From Opitutales bacterium UBA2995 (lineage in GTDB: Bacteria > Verrucomicrobiota > Verrucomicrobiia > Opitutales > UBA2995), in NCBI GenBank assembly GCA_002346535.1, contig DDZZ01000009.1, positions 6,891-70,890 of the forward strand: a stretch of 64,000 nucleotides of DNA, in the 5' to 3' direction. The notes under the pieces are model-generated. The model saw only the letters and a program-made list of their open reading frames with translations, searched no databases and was not told the origin of the DNA. Below, piece after piece: positions 1 to 9,503 of this stretch. Each line of letters begins with the position of its first letter. Position 1 is the stretch's first letter. Position numbers and translations under genes: made by a program.

Positions 1-1676
1 ACTTCACCATCGGCAGTCACCGTGTATGTCTCGGGGTCCACATTTATGTCAGGCAGATAGTCGTTTAAGACCATGTCGTGTTTGGAGATTTTTCGAGTGT
101 TGGCTACCGGGCAAATAATTTTCTCGAGCCCCAAGTCATCGGCAACATCTGCTTCAGCAGCGGCTTGACTTACAAAGCTAATCGACGTCCGAAGATTGGC
201 TTTGCCGAATGATGCAAACTGCGGACGGTAGTACATCGGTTGAGGAGTCGGGATGGAAGCATTAGGATCGCCCATGTTGGCCAGAGCAATCATTCCACCT
301 TTCAAGACTAGCTCGGGTTTTACGCCGAAGAAGGCCGGTTTGAAGACGACTATATCGGCGAGCTTGCCAACCTCAAGGCTCCCAACATCTGCGGTTGTGC
401 CGCAGGCAATTGAAGGGTTGATGGTATATTTGGCGATATAACGTAGCACCCGGTAGTTGTCGGCTAAGGTGTGAATGGTTGATTCCAATTTCCCGAACTG
501 TTTCTTCATCTTGTCTGCCGTTTGCCAGGTGCGAACCAAAACTTCGCCTACACGGCCCATGGCCTGGCTGTCACTTGACATGATTGAAATGGCACCCCGG
601 TCATGCAGGATGTCTTCTGCCGCAATCGTTTGTGGACGAATCCGTGATTCTGCAAAGGCTATGTCTTCAGGGATTTTGGAGTCTAAATGATGGCAAACCA
701 TGAGCATATCGAGGTGCTCATCGATGGTGTTGACGGTGAAGGGACGTGTTGGGTTTGTAGAGGATGGGAGGACATTGGCTTCGCCGCAGACCTTAAGTAT
801 ATCGGGTGCGTGTCCTCCTCCGGCACCTTCCGAGTGAAAGGTGTGAATAACACGATCCTTGAAAGCCTTGATTGTTGTTTCCACGAAGCCGGATTCGTTG
901 AGAGTATCAGTATGGATAGCGACTTGGACATCCATCTCGTCCGCAACAGTAAGACAATGATCGATAGCGCTCGGTGTGGTTCCCCAATCTTCGTGTAATT
1001 TCAATCCCATGGCACCGGCGGCGACCTGTTCCCGCAGGGAGTCCAGGTTGGATGAGTTTCCTTTGCCCATGAAGCCGAGGTTCATGGGAAAGGCATCTGC
1101 CGATTCGAGCATTTTGTGTATGTTCCACGGACCCGGTGTACAGGTTGTTGCGTTGGTCCCGGTCGCAGCTCCTGTTCCACCACCCGTCATAGTTGTGATT
1201 CCACTCGCTAGCGCCTCATCAATTTGTTGTGGGCAGATGAAGTGGATGTGAGAATCAAAACCTCCGGCAGTAACGATGTGGCCTTCCGCAGCGATGACCT
1301 CTGTTCCAGCGCCGATGACCATGCCCTCTGTAATGCCGGACTGAATGAGTGGATTTCCGGCGTGACCAACACCAGCAATGCGTCCGTCTTTGACTCCGAT
1401 ATCGGCCTTAATGATGCCGAGGATGGGATCGATAATCGTTGCATTGGTCAGGACAAGGTCGAGGCTGTCCCTACTCGTGGCCAGCGGTGATTGGCCCATT
1501 CCATCGCGGATCACTTTGCCGCCACCAAATTTGACCTCATTTCCATATCCGGCTGCCTCGGCGATGAGGTCCTTCTCAACCTCAATAAAAAGGTCGGTGT
1601 CCGCGAGGCGAACCTGGTCACCCACGGTAGGACCGAACATCTCGGCGTATTGTTTGCGGGTGAAATCCAGACTCAT
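1..1676 (-). CDS. ureC: urease subunit alpha; 3' end runs off the window (about 558 codons present)
   Basis: Missing from the ORF track only because it has no stop inside the window. Hand translation from the ATG at 1676-1674 gives [36 protein letters not shown]...[14 protein letters not shown]...GLKLHEDWG...MVCHHLD, the urease alpha Ni-site motifs. The ATG overlaps the ureB stop (ATGA, 1673-1676). Confidence 0.9.
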   Translation of the reverse strand, partial: MSLDFTRKQYAEMFGPTVGDQVRLADTDLFIEVEKDLIAEAAGYGNEVKFGGGKVIRDGMGQSPLATSRDSLDLVLTNATIIDPILGIIKADIGVKDGRIAGVGHAGNPLIQSGITEGMVIGAGTEVIAAEGHIVTAGGFDSHIHFICPQQIDEALASGITTMTGGGTGAATGTNATTCTPGPWNIHKMLESADAFPMNLGFMGKGNSSNLDSLREQVAAGAMGLKLHEDWGTTPSAIDHCLTVADEMDVQVAIHTDTLNESGFVETTIKAFKDRVIHTFHSEGAGGGHAPDILKVCGEANVLPSSTNPTRPFTVNTIDEHLDMLMVCHHLDSKIPEDIAFAESRIRPQTIAAEDILHDRGAISIMSSDSQAMGRVGEVLVRTWQTADKMKKQFGKLESTIHTLADNYRVLRYIAKYTINPSIACGTTADVGSLEVGKLADIVVFKPAFFGVKPELVLKGGMIALANMGDPNASIPTPQPMYYRPQFASFGKANLRTSISFVSQAAAEADVADDLGLEKIICPVANTRKISKHDMVLNDYLPDINVDPETYTVTADGE

Positions 1677-1984
1677 AGCGCTCGATCCACTTTATTATTT
1701 AGTCCATGAACCTCGCGACTGCCGGCTAGAGCTACGAGTTCAACCTCGCGGATATCTCCTGGTTCAAATCGTACCGCAGTGCCGGCGGCAATGTTGAGGC
1801 GAAATCCGCGAGCAGCTTCCCTTTCGAATTCCAATCCTTCATTGACCTCGTAAAAATGAAAATGACTACCCACCTGTATAGGCCGGTCACCAGTGTTACT
1901 TACTTTTACGGACTTGGTTTCAAGGTTAGGGTTACCGGAAAGGATCGCATCCGGATCTGAAAATCTATATTCTCCTGGAATCAT
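1673..1984 (-). CDS. ureB: urease subunit beta
   Basis: 103-aa [11 protein letters not shown]...[19 protein letters not shown]...RFEPGD, a typical UreB. It overlaps ureA and ureC by 4 nt each. Confidence 0.9.
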   Translation of the reverse strand: MIPGEYRFSDPDAILSGNPNLETKSVKVSNTGDRPIQVGSHFHFYEVNEGLEFEREAARGFRLNIAAGTAVRFEPGDIREVELVALAGSREVHGLNNKVDRAL

Positions 1985-2283
1985 CGTAATGGGTTGTGAA
2001 CGGTTACGAGTTTGGTTCCGTCGGGGAAGGTGCCTTCCACCTGAACTTCGTGGATCATCTCCGGTACACCTTCCATAACATCGTCTTTCGCAAGGATCGT
2101 TGCGCCATAGCTCATGAGCTCCGCGACTGACTTTCCATCCCGTATGCCCTCGAGAATTTCGTAGGTAATAATGGCGATGGCTTCGGGATAGTTGAGTTTC
2201 AGGCCACGAGCTTGACGGCGCCTGGCCAGGTCGGCGGCGACGGTGACCATGAGCTTATCCTGTTCGCGAGGACTGAGATGCAT
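1981..2283 (-). CDS. ureA: urease subunit gamma (100 aa)
   Basis: [53 protein letters not shown] is a canonical UreA N-terminus. The track ORF (to 2409) carries a 42-codon upstream extension unrelated to UreA, so I place the start at ATG 2283. Confidence 0.85.
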   Translation of the reverse strand: MHLSPREQDKLMVTVAADLARRRQARGLKLNYPEAIAIITYEILEGIRDGKSVAELMSYGATILAKDDVMEGVPEMIHEVQVEGTFPDGTKLVTVHNPLR

Positions 2284-2323
2284 GAATATTAAGTACTTGA
2301 AGTTGAAACAGACTGATTTTTCA

Positions 2324-2346
2324 GCCCAAATTGTGCCCATTTGGGC
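2324..2346 (-). promoter_or_regulatory. perfect 8-bp inverted repeat (GCCCAAAT-N7-ATTTGGGC) 41 nt upstream of ureA; the minus strand reads GGGCAC-N5-GGGC, a weak sigma-54-like GG-N10-GC spacing
   Basis: Read directly from the sequence. Function is inferred from position only. Confidence 0.2.
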
Positions 2347-2574
2347 AATTCTAAGGTGATAGCGGTAAATAAGTGCATTCGCAAGCTGGATAGCCCGCAT
2401 AAACTGCAATTATTTTAGGGTTTTCTTCGTTTGAATAAGGAATAGCTCATTTTGATCCCTTGGATCAATGGCGGATTCTAATCCTGATCTAATCTAAACT
2501 TGCCTTTGTTCCTGATTAATTTTAAGAGTTTTCCAACTTTTTACAAAATACAAATCTTCTAAACAAAAAATCTT

Positions 2575-2892
2575 ATGAAGAACTTATTATTGATCATTGC
2601 TGCGTCTGCTTTTTCAACCGTTCTATTTGCTGGCGAAGCCAATACGGTAACCTTGGAAGGAACAGGAACTTGCGCGAAATGTTCTCTCAAAACCGCTGAC
2701 AGTTGCACCAATGTTTTGGAAGTGGCCGGCACTGATGGAAAGCCTGTAATTTTCGAGTTCACAAAGAACATCGAACACGGCGCATACTTTTGCAGATCCC
2801 GGACTCCTGGTCTGGTTGTAAAAGGTACTATCCAACAAGTGGACGGCAAACTGGTTTTGGCCGCAACTTCTGTTGAGAATAAAGATAGCTAA
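2575..2892 (+). CDS. small secreted Cys-containing protein of unknown function
   Basis: 105 aa with an N-terminal signal peptide (MKNLLLIIAASAFSTVLFA) and a CAKCSLKTADSC motif. Divergent from ureA. Confidence 0.7.
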   Translation: MKNLLLIIAASAFSTVLFAGEANTVTLEGTGTCAKCSLKTADSCTNVLEVAGTDGKPVIFEFTKNIEHGAYFCRSRTPGLVVKGTIQQVDGKLVLAATSVENKDS

Positions 2893-2920
2893 ACACAGAT
2901 CGCCTTTCAGTTACAATTTC

Positions 2921-2946
2921 AGGGCTCTGATTTTGGGCCCTTTTTT
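2921..2946 (+). terminator. weak candidate intrinsic terminator
   Basis: AGGGC/GCCCT 5-bp stem with an 11-nt loop, followed by T6, about 30 nt after the stop at 2892. Confidence 0.3.
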
Positions 2947-2990
2947 ATGCAACACTTGCCAGCCTTCACAATTTTCAACCTGAAAACTCT

Positions 2991-3674
2991 ATGAAATATT
3001 TTCTTCCCATGATCGTTTTGCTAACGCTCTCCTTGACCGGGGTTCAAGCTGCTCACCACGCTAAAAAAACCTCGGTAAAACCGCCAAAAGGTTTTGTCGC
3101 TCTTTTTGATGGGAAATCCTTTGATGGCTGGTTCACTTCTGCCGGAAACATGCGGGAGACCTGGAGTGTGGATTCCGAGTCTGGAGTCCTGGCACGTACC
3201 TTGAGGAATGTCTACATATGGACCGACAAGGCTTATCGCGATTTTATATTGGATTTAGAATACAAACTATCCAGGCGTTGCAATAGCGGGGTTTTCATCA
3301 GGTCAGATCCACAGAACCCCGTTCAAGGAGGATTTGAGATCCAGCTTTACGACGATAACCAGCCAAGTTCAGACAAGCACAGTCACGGTTCGCTTTATGA
3401 TGCGCAGGCACCTTCGAGTCAGCCGGCTAAAAAAGTGGGTGAGTGGGATAAAATGCGCATTCGCGTCAAAGGAGATCTGATTGGTGTTTGGATAAACGGT
3501 ACCCAAGTCATTCAAGCGGACTTGTCTGAGTGGACGACTGCCCAAAAAAATCCCGACGGCACCAAAAATAAATTCAAGACTGCCCTCAACGATTTACCGA
3601 AAACAGGGCATATCGGGTTTCAGGATCACGGGCGTAATGTTGCTTTCAGAAATATTTTTCTTAAACAATTGTAG
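2991..3674 (+). CDS. DUF1080 (3-keto-disaccharide hydrolase-like) domain protein, secreted
   Basis: Signal peptide, then FDGKSFDGW...NSGVFIRS...EIQLYDD...GHIGFQDHGRNVAFRNIFLKQL, the family pattern. Confidence 0.85.
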   Translation: MKYFLPMIVLLTLSLTGVQAAHHAKKTSVKPPKGFVALFDGKSFDGWFTSAGNMRETWSVDSESGVLARTLRNVYIWTDKAYRDFILDLEYKLSRRCNSGVFIRSDPQNPVQGGFEIQLYDDNQPSSDKHSHGSLYDAQAPSSQPAKKVGEWDKMRIRVKGDLIGVWINGTQVIQADLSEWTTAQKNPDGTKNKFKTALNDLPKTGHIGFQDHGRNVAFRNIFLKQL

Positions 3675-3731
3675 GGTTAATTCCCAAATGCGATATCGAC
3701 TTTCGAGGAGGTTGTTTTAAGCTCCTGACCC

Positions 3732-4931
3732 ATGTGTGCTTCGTATCCAATTGACGCGGATCTTTTTTCGGCGTCGCCTTCCATGCTTTTTGACGCCTTG
3801 CTGAAGCAGACCCAGGATCAGGTATACTTTAAGGACCGGGAAAGCCGTTTTATTCGGGTAAGCTCCGCTGTCCCTCAAAAATTCGGTCTTATTTCACCAG
3901 ATGAGATGATTGGGAAGACAGATTTTGACTTTTTTTCCGAAGAACATGCCAGGGAGGCTTTTGAAGATGAGCAGCGCCTTATTCGAAACAAAGAAAAATT
4001 GGTAAACATTACCGAGAAGGAGACATGGCCGGATGGCACCGTGACATGGGTAACTTCCACCAAAGTGCCACTCTATTTGGGTTCGGGTGAACCGGTTGGA
4101 ATCATGGGAATCACCCGTGATATCACTGCACAAGTCCGTGCACAAAAAGCGCTCGAGGAAAGCAAAGAGCAACTCCGTCAGAAAAACGAGTTGATGGAAA
4201 TCGACTTTCAAAATGCCGGGCGTGTTCAACGCAGACTCATTCCAGGATCGCTGCCGAAACATCCCAAGGTGGATATTGGAGTGCTCAATCTCAGTTACTC
4301 GGATGTGGGTGGGGATATCATTACCTTTCCCCTAGTTTCCGAAAAATACCTTTCCTTCCTGCTGGGAGACGTTAGTGGTCATGGTCTTTCTGCCGGATTG
4401 TTTACCATCTTGGTCAAACATTTGGCCGACTTTTATATGCCAGGGGAATTTTCTCATCCTGAGCAGGCGCTCATTGAGTTGGACCAGCACATGAAGGGCC
4501 TCATTCCTTCGGGGTTTGTGGCAGCCATGGTTGGCACGCTCGACCTATCGGAAATTGAATTTGCCAAGCTCACCGTGGCTAACGCGGCTCAACCGCCGCT
4601 CCTTTGGTACCGCGCGAATCTTGAAAGCATCGAAATCGTTACCTGCCCCAGCGAAAATGTAATTGGCCTGGGTATCTGCGAGAATATCCATGTGACTCAA
4701 TTTACGATTGATCCAGGTGATTGTATGCTGTTCATGACCGATGGGGTGATTGAATGCCACAACCCGCAAGGTGATGAATTGGGAACTGAAGGCCTTTTGG
4801 AGGTTTTCCAAGATTCCTCTCAACTACCGGTTCAAGAGATCGTCCAGAGAATCGATCAATTTCTAAAAGACTTTTGCGTCGATGACTATCCCCAGGATGA
4901 TACAACTTTGCTGGCATTACGGCTGAATTGA
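3732..4931 (+). CDS. PAS domain - PP2C/SpoIIE family protein phosphatase (RsbU-like)
   Basis: N-terminal PAS-like region (ITRDITAQVRAQKALE), then RVQRRLIP...GGDIITF...GDVSGHGLSAGLF...DGVIE...QDDTTLLALRL. Confidence 0.85.
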   Translation: MCASYPIDADLFSASPSMLFDALLKQTQDQVYFKDRESRFIRVSSAVPQKFGLISPDEMIGKTDFDFFSEEHAREAFEDEQRLIRNKEKLVNITEKETWPDGTVTWVTSTKVPLYLGSGEPVGIMGITRDITAQVRAQKALEESKEQLRQKNELMEIDFQNAGRVQRRLIPGSLPKHPKVDIGVLNLSYSDVGGDIITFPLVSEKYLSFLLGDVSGHGLSAGLFTILVKHLADFYMPGEFSHPEQALIELDQHMKGLIPSGFVAAMVGTLDLSEIEFAKLTVANAAQPPLLWYRANLESIEIVTCPSENVIGLGICENIHVTQFTIDPGDCMLFMTDGVIECHNPQGDELGTEGLLEVFQDSSQLPVQEIVQRIDQFLKDFCVDDYPQDDTTLLALRLN

Positions 4932-4933
4932 GC

Positions 4934-5278
4934 TCATGCTTTAGATGGGTTGATCCGACGTGTTTTAACCTTTTGTTCTTCCTCGCCACCAAACTTGAGG
5001 ATTCCGCTACTGTAGACGGTTCCATAAGAGACGCTTAAACTGGCGGTTTGGTAAATCCCCGAAAGGACTTCTCCATGGTCCAGTTAAGACAATGGGTAAA
5101 TAAAGACAGAATATAAAATGCCATTGCTTACTGCATATCTGGCATCTAGTGCGTTGGGGTCTCCAAAAACCTTCGAATACGTGACTTCCTTAATTATCTC
5201 CTTGAGATTTTCGTCGGTCATTTGTTCAGATGCGGTTTCTTTAGGAATTATTTCCCTCGATGCTTCTCTATTTGCCAT
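4934..5278 (-). pseudogene. 114-codon reading frame of unknown family interrupted by one in-frame TAA (5084-5086)
   Basis: The track ORF 5084-5278 continues in the same frame after the TAA as LDHGEVLSGIYQTASLSVSYGTVYSSGILKFGGEEEQKVK to a TGA at 4934-4936 (checked codon by codon). No family recognised. Confidence 0.25.
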
Positions 5279-5356
5279 CGTCTGGAAGCCAATAAGACTT
5301 TGGCAGATGGGAGTTAAAATTGTGAATGACTGACGTATGGGGTATTGTCGTTTTAA

Positions 5357-5754
5357 CTATAGGCATATGTCAGCGGTAAATTTCATCACATTCAGATTTG
5401 CTTTGGAAGTGGCCAGGTTTTGGCCCACGGGATATATTTTTAGGAGAATCGGTTTACTCTTGGGTGATGCGTCCGTGGCGGCATAGGGGATATTTTTTGA
5501 TTTAGCCAATTGGATTCTTTTGTCATGTAGCAGTGAATAGAGACCTATTTCTCTATGTGCTGGAAAACCAATCCACCATGGGCTTCCCAAAATCGGGATC
5601 CTTCTGGAAATTCGATCGAGCCAAACCCAACCATGGAGCCGTTATAAAATGCCCCATAAACACCGGATTTTTCGAGTAAAGGTTTCATGTAGTCAAGCAG
5701 CCAGGGCATTGCTCTTTCCCAAACTGTTTCATGGTGAATTACGGCGTCCTTCAA
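5357..5754 (-). pseudogene. possible frameshifted GNAT-like acetyltransferase remnant
   Basis: Two overlapping minus-strand ORFs (5545-5754 and 5357-5590) in different frames. Together they resemble an acetyltransferase core. Tentative. Confidence 0.3.
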
Positions 5755-6008
5755 TTTTGTTTCACCATTAAGTTTGCGAACTTTTTAGCCCTGTGGCGGA
5801 TTACGATTAGACGGTTAGTATTCTTCTTCGCCTTTTTTGCATCCGTATTCAATAAGTTGTGACATCAGATAACCAGGTTTATCAGAGTTATAGGTTTTCC
5901 ATTAAAAATTGCGATGCAGGTCAGTAAAATAATTAATTTGTTCCTCGATTTTTGACTTCACATCCGGCTCAGGGAACTCCGTAAATGCCAGCTCAGCGTC
6001 TTTCTTTT

Positions 6009-6038
6009 AAAAAGCTCTGCTCGAAAGCAGAGCTTTTT
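6009..6038 (-). terminator. intrinsic terminator, bidirectional in shape
   Basis: AAAAA-GCTCTGCT-cgaa-AGCAGAGC-TTTTT: a perfect 8-bp GC-rich stem, a UUCG tetraloop on the minus transcript and a U-run, directly after the stop at 6039-6041. Confidence 0.8.
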
Positions 6039-6701
6039 CTAGAGCTCCTTGATCATGATATTGCGCCAGCGGACTTCGTAGGGTCCTGTGCCAGCTCTTA
6101 TGCCATGAACTTGGAAGCCGATGCTGCCTGAAGGATTTTCACGATGAATGCCACGGGGTAGCTTCATTTCAGTCACCTGGTTACCATTGATGAAGGTGGT
6201 AATCGTGTCGCCTTTGGCAATGATGTGAAATTCGTTCCACTTATCGTTTTTCATGTATTTGTGGCTTCCACCTTCTTCCGGTTCTTTTGAAATCCATCCT
6301 GTGTTTAGTCCTTCACCGTAAATCCAACCGGATTGTCCCGGACTGCTTTCGATTTCAACCTGAGGACCAAAATAGCGGCGTGTGCCAAAATCTCTGGAGT
6401 GGGACCGGATTTGCACCCCTGAATTGAGACCATCGTCAACCTTGACTTCGAACTTCAATTCGAAATCGCCGTATTTGTCGTAGGTGGTTAAAAAGGTATT
6501 TGGGCTGCCATCTGCTGTACGACCCAGAATAGCACCATCCTCGACGTAGTAATTGGCAAAGCCTTGGACTACTCCGAAACCGGCGAGAGTTTTTCCGTTA
6601 AACAATTGTTTCCAGCCATGATCGCCATGGGAGGCTGAAAACAGAGAAGTAGCTGTACAACCGGCAGCTAGAAGAGCAATTAATCTTAAGGTGTTTTTCA
6701 T
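6039..6701 (-). CDS. DUF1080 domain protein, secreted
   Basis: WKQLFNGKTLAGF...NSGVQIRS...GSIGFQVHG...VRWRNIMIKEL, with a signal peptide. Confidence 0.85.
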   Translation of the reverse strand: MKNTLRLIALLAAGCTATSLFSASHGDHGWKQLFNGKTLAGFGVVQGFANYYVEDGAILGRTADGSPNTFLTTYDKYGDFELKFEVKVDDGLNSGVQIRSHSRDFGTRRYFGPQVEIESSPGQSGWIYGEGLNTGWISKEPEEGGSHKYMKNDKWNEFHIIAKGDTITTFINGNQVTEMKLPRGIHRENPSGSIGFQVHGIRAGTGPYEVRWRNIMIKEL

Positions 6702-6716
6702 AGAGTGTGATTTAAT

Positions 6717-8546
6717 CTAGTATACTCGATTCAGCATTATCAAGCGCATCTCGATCGATTGATTCCCGGCAATATCCAAGGAGGACAAGGTGAGTTTAGT
6801 GGGCCCCTTGGAAAGGTGGATGACTCCCAGATCCATAGGAACAAAGTCTTTGACGTAAGATTCACCCCTCCTCGATGAGCGGTCAAACTTTGCGCCAACC
6901 CAGGGTGGATTGCTTGCGACAGTAACTTCTTTTTTTATAGTGGATTCTCCAGCTCTGAGTTCCAAAATCGCTCCCAGATCTTCCTCTGCACAGGTGTAAT
7001 AAACACTTGCCCGATAGTTACCTTCCTCTTGTACTTCCGTATTCCAGTAAATGGTGTCTTCTTCATTCACCCAGTTCATGTAGAAGGAACAGTTGGGTGC
7101 TCTTCCCGACCTCTTGATTTCTCCCATCGGTATGGCGTCCCTGGCCGGTAGCTGAGTAAAACTCAGCTCGGAGTGGCCGATGATGAATGGACGGGTGTCT
7201 TGGCCTTCGGGTATTTCGCTTACGACGTTTTCATCAAAATCCTTTTGTGCTGCGAGCAGCTTTTGGTATACCTCCGGATGTTTTCCCCGTACGTCGGTAT
7301 GTTGTCCAGGATCCTTCAGCATATCGAAGAGCCGGCCCTGGAAACCCAAACGAAACCTCTGACTGCGAACGCTGGTCTTTTCCTTGAAGTGGTTTACATA
7401 AAGTCGTTTTGGCCACTCTTCTCCGGATTGCATCAGTAAGGGTTTCAGGCTGACTCCATCCATGGGAAGCGTACCAGTATTTTCAATACTTGCCAGATCT
7501 GTCAAAGTGGGTTTCAAATCGATGGTTCCGGCAATGATATCGGTTTTGGTTCCCGATTCAATTTTACCCGGCCACCGAATGAAGAAGGGAGAACGGACGC
7601 CGCCTTCTTCGACGCTGCCTTTACGGCCTTTCATTCCACCGTTCCACCGGTAACCATTCGGACCATTATCTGAGAAGTAGACCACAATTGTGTCTTTAGT
7701 CAGGTCGAGGTCATCCAGTTTTTTCATGAGACGACCAACGTTCCAATCGATGTTTTCACACATGGCCAGGGCTGCCTTGGAGTGGGGCATGTTTTCTTCA
7801 TGGTCTTCTCTTGCCCGCAACGGTAACTCATGGTCGGCAAACTTATTCCACCACGGTTCCGGCACTTGCATGGGTGAATGGGGCGTGCAATAAGGCAGGT
7901 AAACGAAGAACGGATCATCCTTGTTCTCCTCGATATAGTCCATCGCCCGGGTCGTGAAGTCATCGGTAACATAGCCGTTTCCCGTCACAATTTCCCCATT
8001 GTGTTCCAACATCGGTGAGTAGTAATGCCCCCAATGGCCAGAGCAAAAGCCATAGTATTCGTCAATTCCGCGAGCGTTTGGGTGATAGGGGGGTTGCATA
8101 CCATTGTGCCATTTGCCGAAGGCGGCTGTCTTGTATCCGGCAGCTTTAAAGGTTTCGAAGATGGTAGTTTCATCGAGATCCATACGCTCTTCCCCGCGAC
8201 TGGCTGATCTCACACCTGTTCTTGGGTTGTAGCGACCGGTCATGAATTCAGCTCGGGTAGGGGAGCATATTGGGCAAACATAAAAGCGTTCGAATTCCAT
8301 ACCTTGGCTGGCCAAGCGATCGATATTTGGTGTATCCAAATTGGTATTACCGTGAATGCTAAGGTCGCCCCAGCCCTGGTCGTCGGTCAGGATAACGATG
8401 ACGTTGGGCTTGTCTGCGGCCCACAGCAGGCCTGGCAGACAAATTAAAGCAAGTAGTGCCGGCTTTAGCCGCGAAAAGAAACTGAATGAAATCGCAGCTA
8501 AAGCAGCTCCTATATTTTGTCGAAGGGAGAATTTATTGATCACCAT
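6717..8546 (-). CDS. sulfatase (formylglycine-dependent, canonical CSPTR motif) with an extra C-terminal domain
   Basis: VIVILTDDQGWGDLS...CPICSPTRAEFMTGRY...GKWH. 609 aa with a signal/anchor sequence. Confidence 0.9.
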   Translation of the reverse strand: MVINKFSLRQNIGAALAAISFSFFSRLKPALLALICLPGLLWAADKPNVIVILTDDQGWGDLSIHGNTNLDTPNIDRLASQGMEFERFYVCPICSPTRAEFMTGRYNPRTGVRSASRGEERMDLDETTIFETFKAAGYKTAAFGKWHNGMQPPYHPNARGIDEYYGFCSGHWGHYYSPMLEHNGEIVTGNGYVTDDFTTRAMDYIEENKDDPFFVYLPYCTPHSPMQVPEPWWNKFADHELPLRAREDHEENMPHSKAALAMCENIDWNVGRLMKKLDDLDLTKDTIVVYFSDNGPNGYRWNGGMKGRKGSVEEGGVRSPFFIRWPGKIESGTKTDIIAGTIDLKPTLTDLASIENTGTLPMDGVSLKPLLMQSGEEWPKRLYVNHFKEKTSVRSQRFRLGFQGRLFDMLKDPGQHTDVRGKHPEVYQKLLAAQKDFDENVVSEIPEGQDTRPFIIGHSELSFTQLPARDAIPMGEIKRSGRAPNCSFYMNWVNEEDTIYWNTEVQEEGNYRASVYYTCAEEDLGAILELRAGESTIKKEVTVASNPPWVGAKFDRSSRRGESYVKDFVPMDLGVIHLSKGPTKLTLSSLDIAGNQSIEMRLIMLNRVY

Positions 8547-8627
8547 GGGTTTGTGTTTTCGGGGTATGGTATAAACGACAATTAGGCGGTATTGGAAATT
8601 TTAGAAGTAAGAGGCCAGTGAGGATAC

Positions 8628-8909
8628 TCAAGTAGTGTCGAGCGCGTCCTGAACTTTCAGTTTTGCCAGTTCTGTTTTGAGATTCTGAATTCTCGCCTCA
8701 GAGGAGAAATCATTGATTCGATTATGCATTTCAAAAGGATCTCGCTGGCAATCAAAAAACTCCCCTTCGTCCAGTTCATAAAAGTGAATCAGTTTGTAAC
8801 GCCCATCGAACACTCCTTAATGCTTGGCCACTTGATGCGCGTTATCGTCAGATTCGTAGAAGTTTTTGCTCGTTACCGTGGATTGGCCGTGCAGTGCCAC
8901 GGCTGGCAT
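8628..8909 (-). pseudogene. C-terminal remnant of a second sulfatase with an in-frame TAA (8817-8819)
   Basis: Hand translation: ...SKNFYESDDNAHQVAKH*GVFDGRYKLIHFYELDEGEFFDCQRDPFEMHNRINDF. This matches the conserved sulfatase tail (H-Y-G-V-R-T-x-R-Y-K-L-I...L-[FY]-D-L-x-x-D-P-x-E). The catalytic N-terminal ~350 aa are absent. Confidence 0.75.
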
Positions 8910-9013
8910 AAGCTATACAGAAAGAATTGAAGTGAGAAAAGGCGGATCATTTACTGATTGGAATGTACGGCAAAATAGGGGCGACCGGTTTTCGGTGTCA
9001 GGAGAAAAGCGAA

Positions 9014-9502
9014 TTACCGAATGAACTGATCCACGTATTCTTCTCCGAGTCCTACCTTGGCAAAGTGGTTTCGGCAAAGCTCGATCTTGGTGTGAACGTT
9101 ATCGAACCCAATTGTATTTTGGTCTTCATCCATATAGATTAATGTACCCGTGACATGGAATAAGGTGATCATTTCATCCACGTCTTTGTCGACGACCAGA
9201 GTGTGCATTTCGCCTGGTGGTTCATACACAAAGCTCCCTTCCGTGGCCACCCAATCATGTTCAAGATAGCTCCAGGTACCCTTGATAACATAGCCATACA
9301 CAGGGGCTGGATGTAGGTGACGGTTTAGCATGCCGGCACGGGTCACCTTGAGCAAATTTATCCAATAACCGTTCGATACGTTAAAGAGAATGGGTCTGAA
9401 AGAAACCGTGTTGGTCTGTGGTACCCAGAGCCTTTCGTCTGAAGGCATTGTCTCCAAAACGAGGTCTTCTACTTGAAATGGAGCGTGCGATGTTTCGGCC
9501 AT
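9014..9502 (-). CDS. cupin, 2,4'-dihydroxyacetophenone dioxygenase-like family
   Basis: RLWVPQ...FRPILFN...GYWINLLKV...LNRHLHPAPVYGYVIKGTWSYLEHDW...YEPPGEMHTL. The ATG at 9502 lies 1 nt after the upstream stop. The track's 21-codon extension overlaps that gene. Confidence 0.75.
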   Translation of the reverse strand: MAETSHAPFQVEDLVLETMPSDERLWVPQTNTVSFRPILFNVSNGYWINLLKVTRAGMLNRHLHPAPVYGYVIKGTWSYLEHDWVATEGSFVYEPPGEMHTLVVDKDVDEMITLFHVTGTLIYMDEDQNTIGFDNVHTKIELCRNHFAKVGLGEEYVDQFIR

Positions 9503-9503
9503 G

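Noticed and set aside
2284-2409. N-terminal extensions in the ORF track for ureA (142 aa), Gfo/Idh/MocA (549 aa), the MBL hydrolase (332 aa), the cupin (183 aa) and the CBS protein (214 aa).
   Set aside because: The extensions precede the conserved N-termini or signal peptides. Several start at TTG/GTG or overlap the upstream gene. Internal ATGs give family-typical lengths.
8883-8895. 13-mer TTGGCCGTGCAGT repeated at 8883-8895 and 44769-44781.
   Set aside because: Exact 13-mer matches are expected by chance many times in a 64-kb window when both strands are considered. The flanks do not extend the match.
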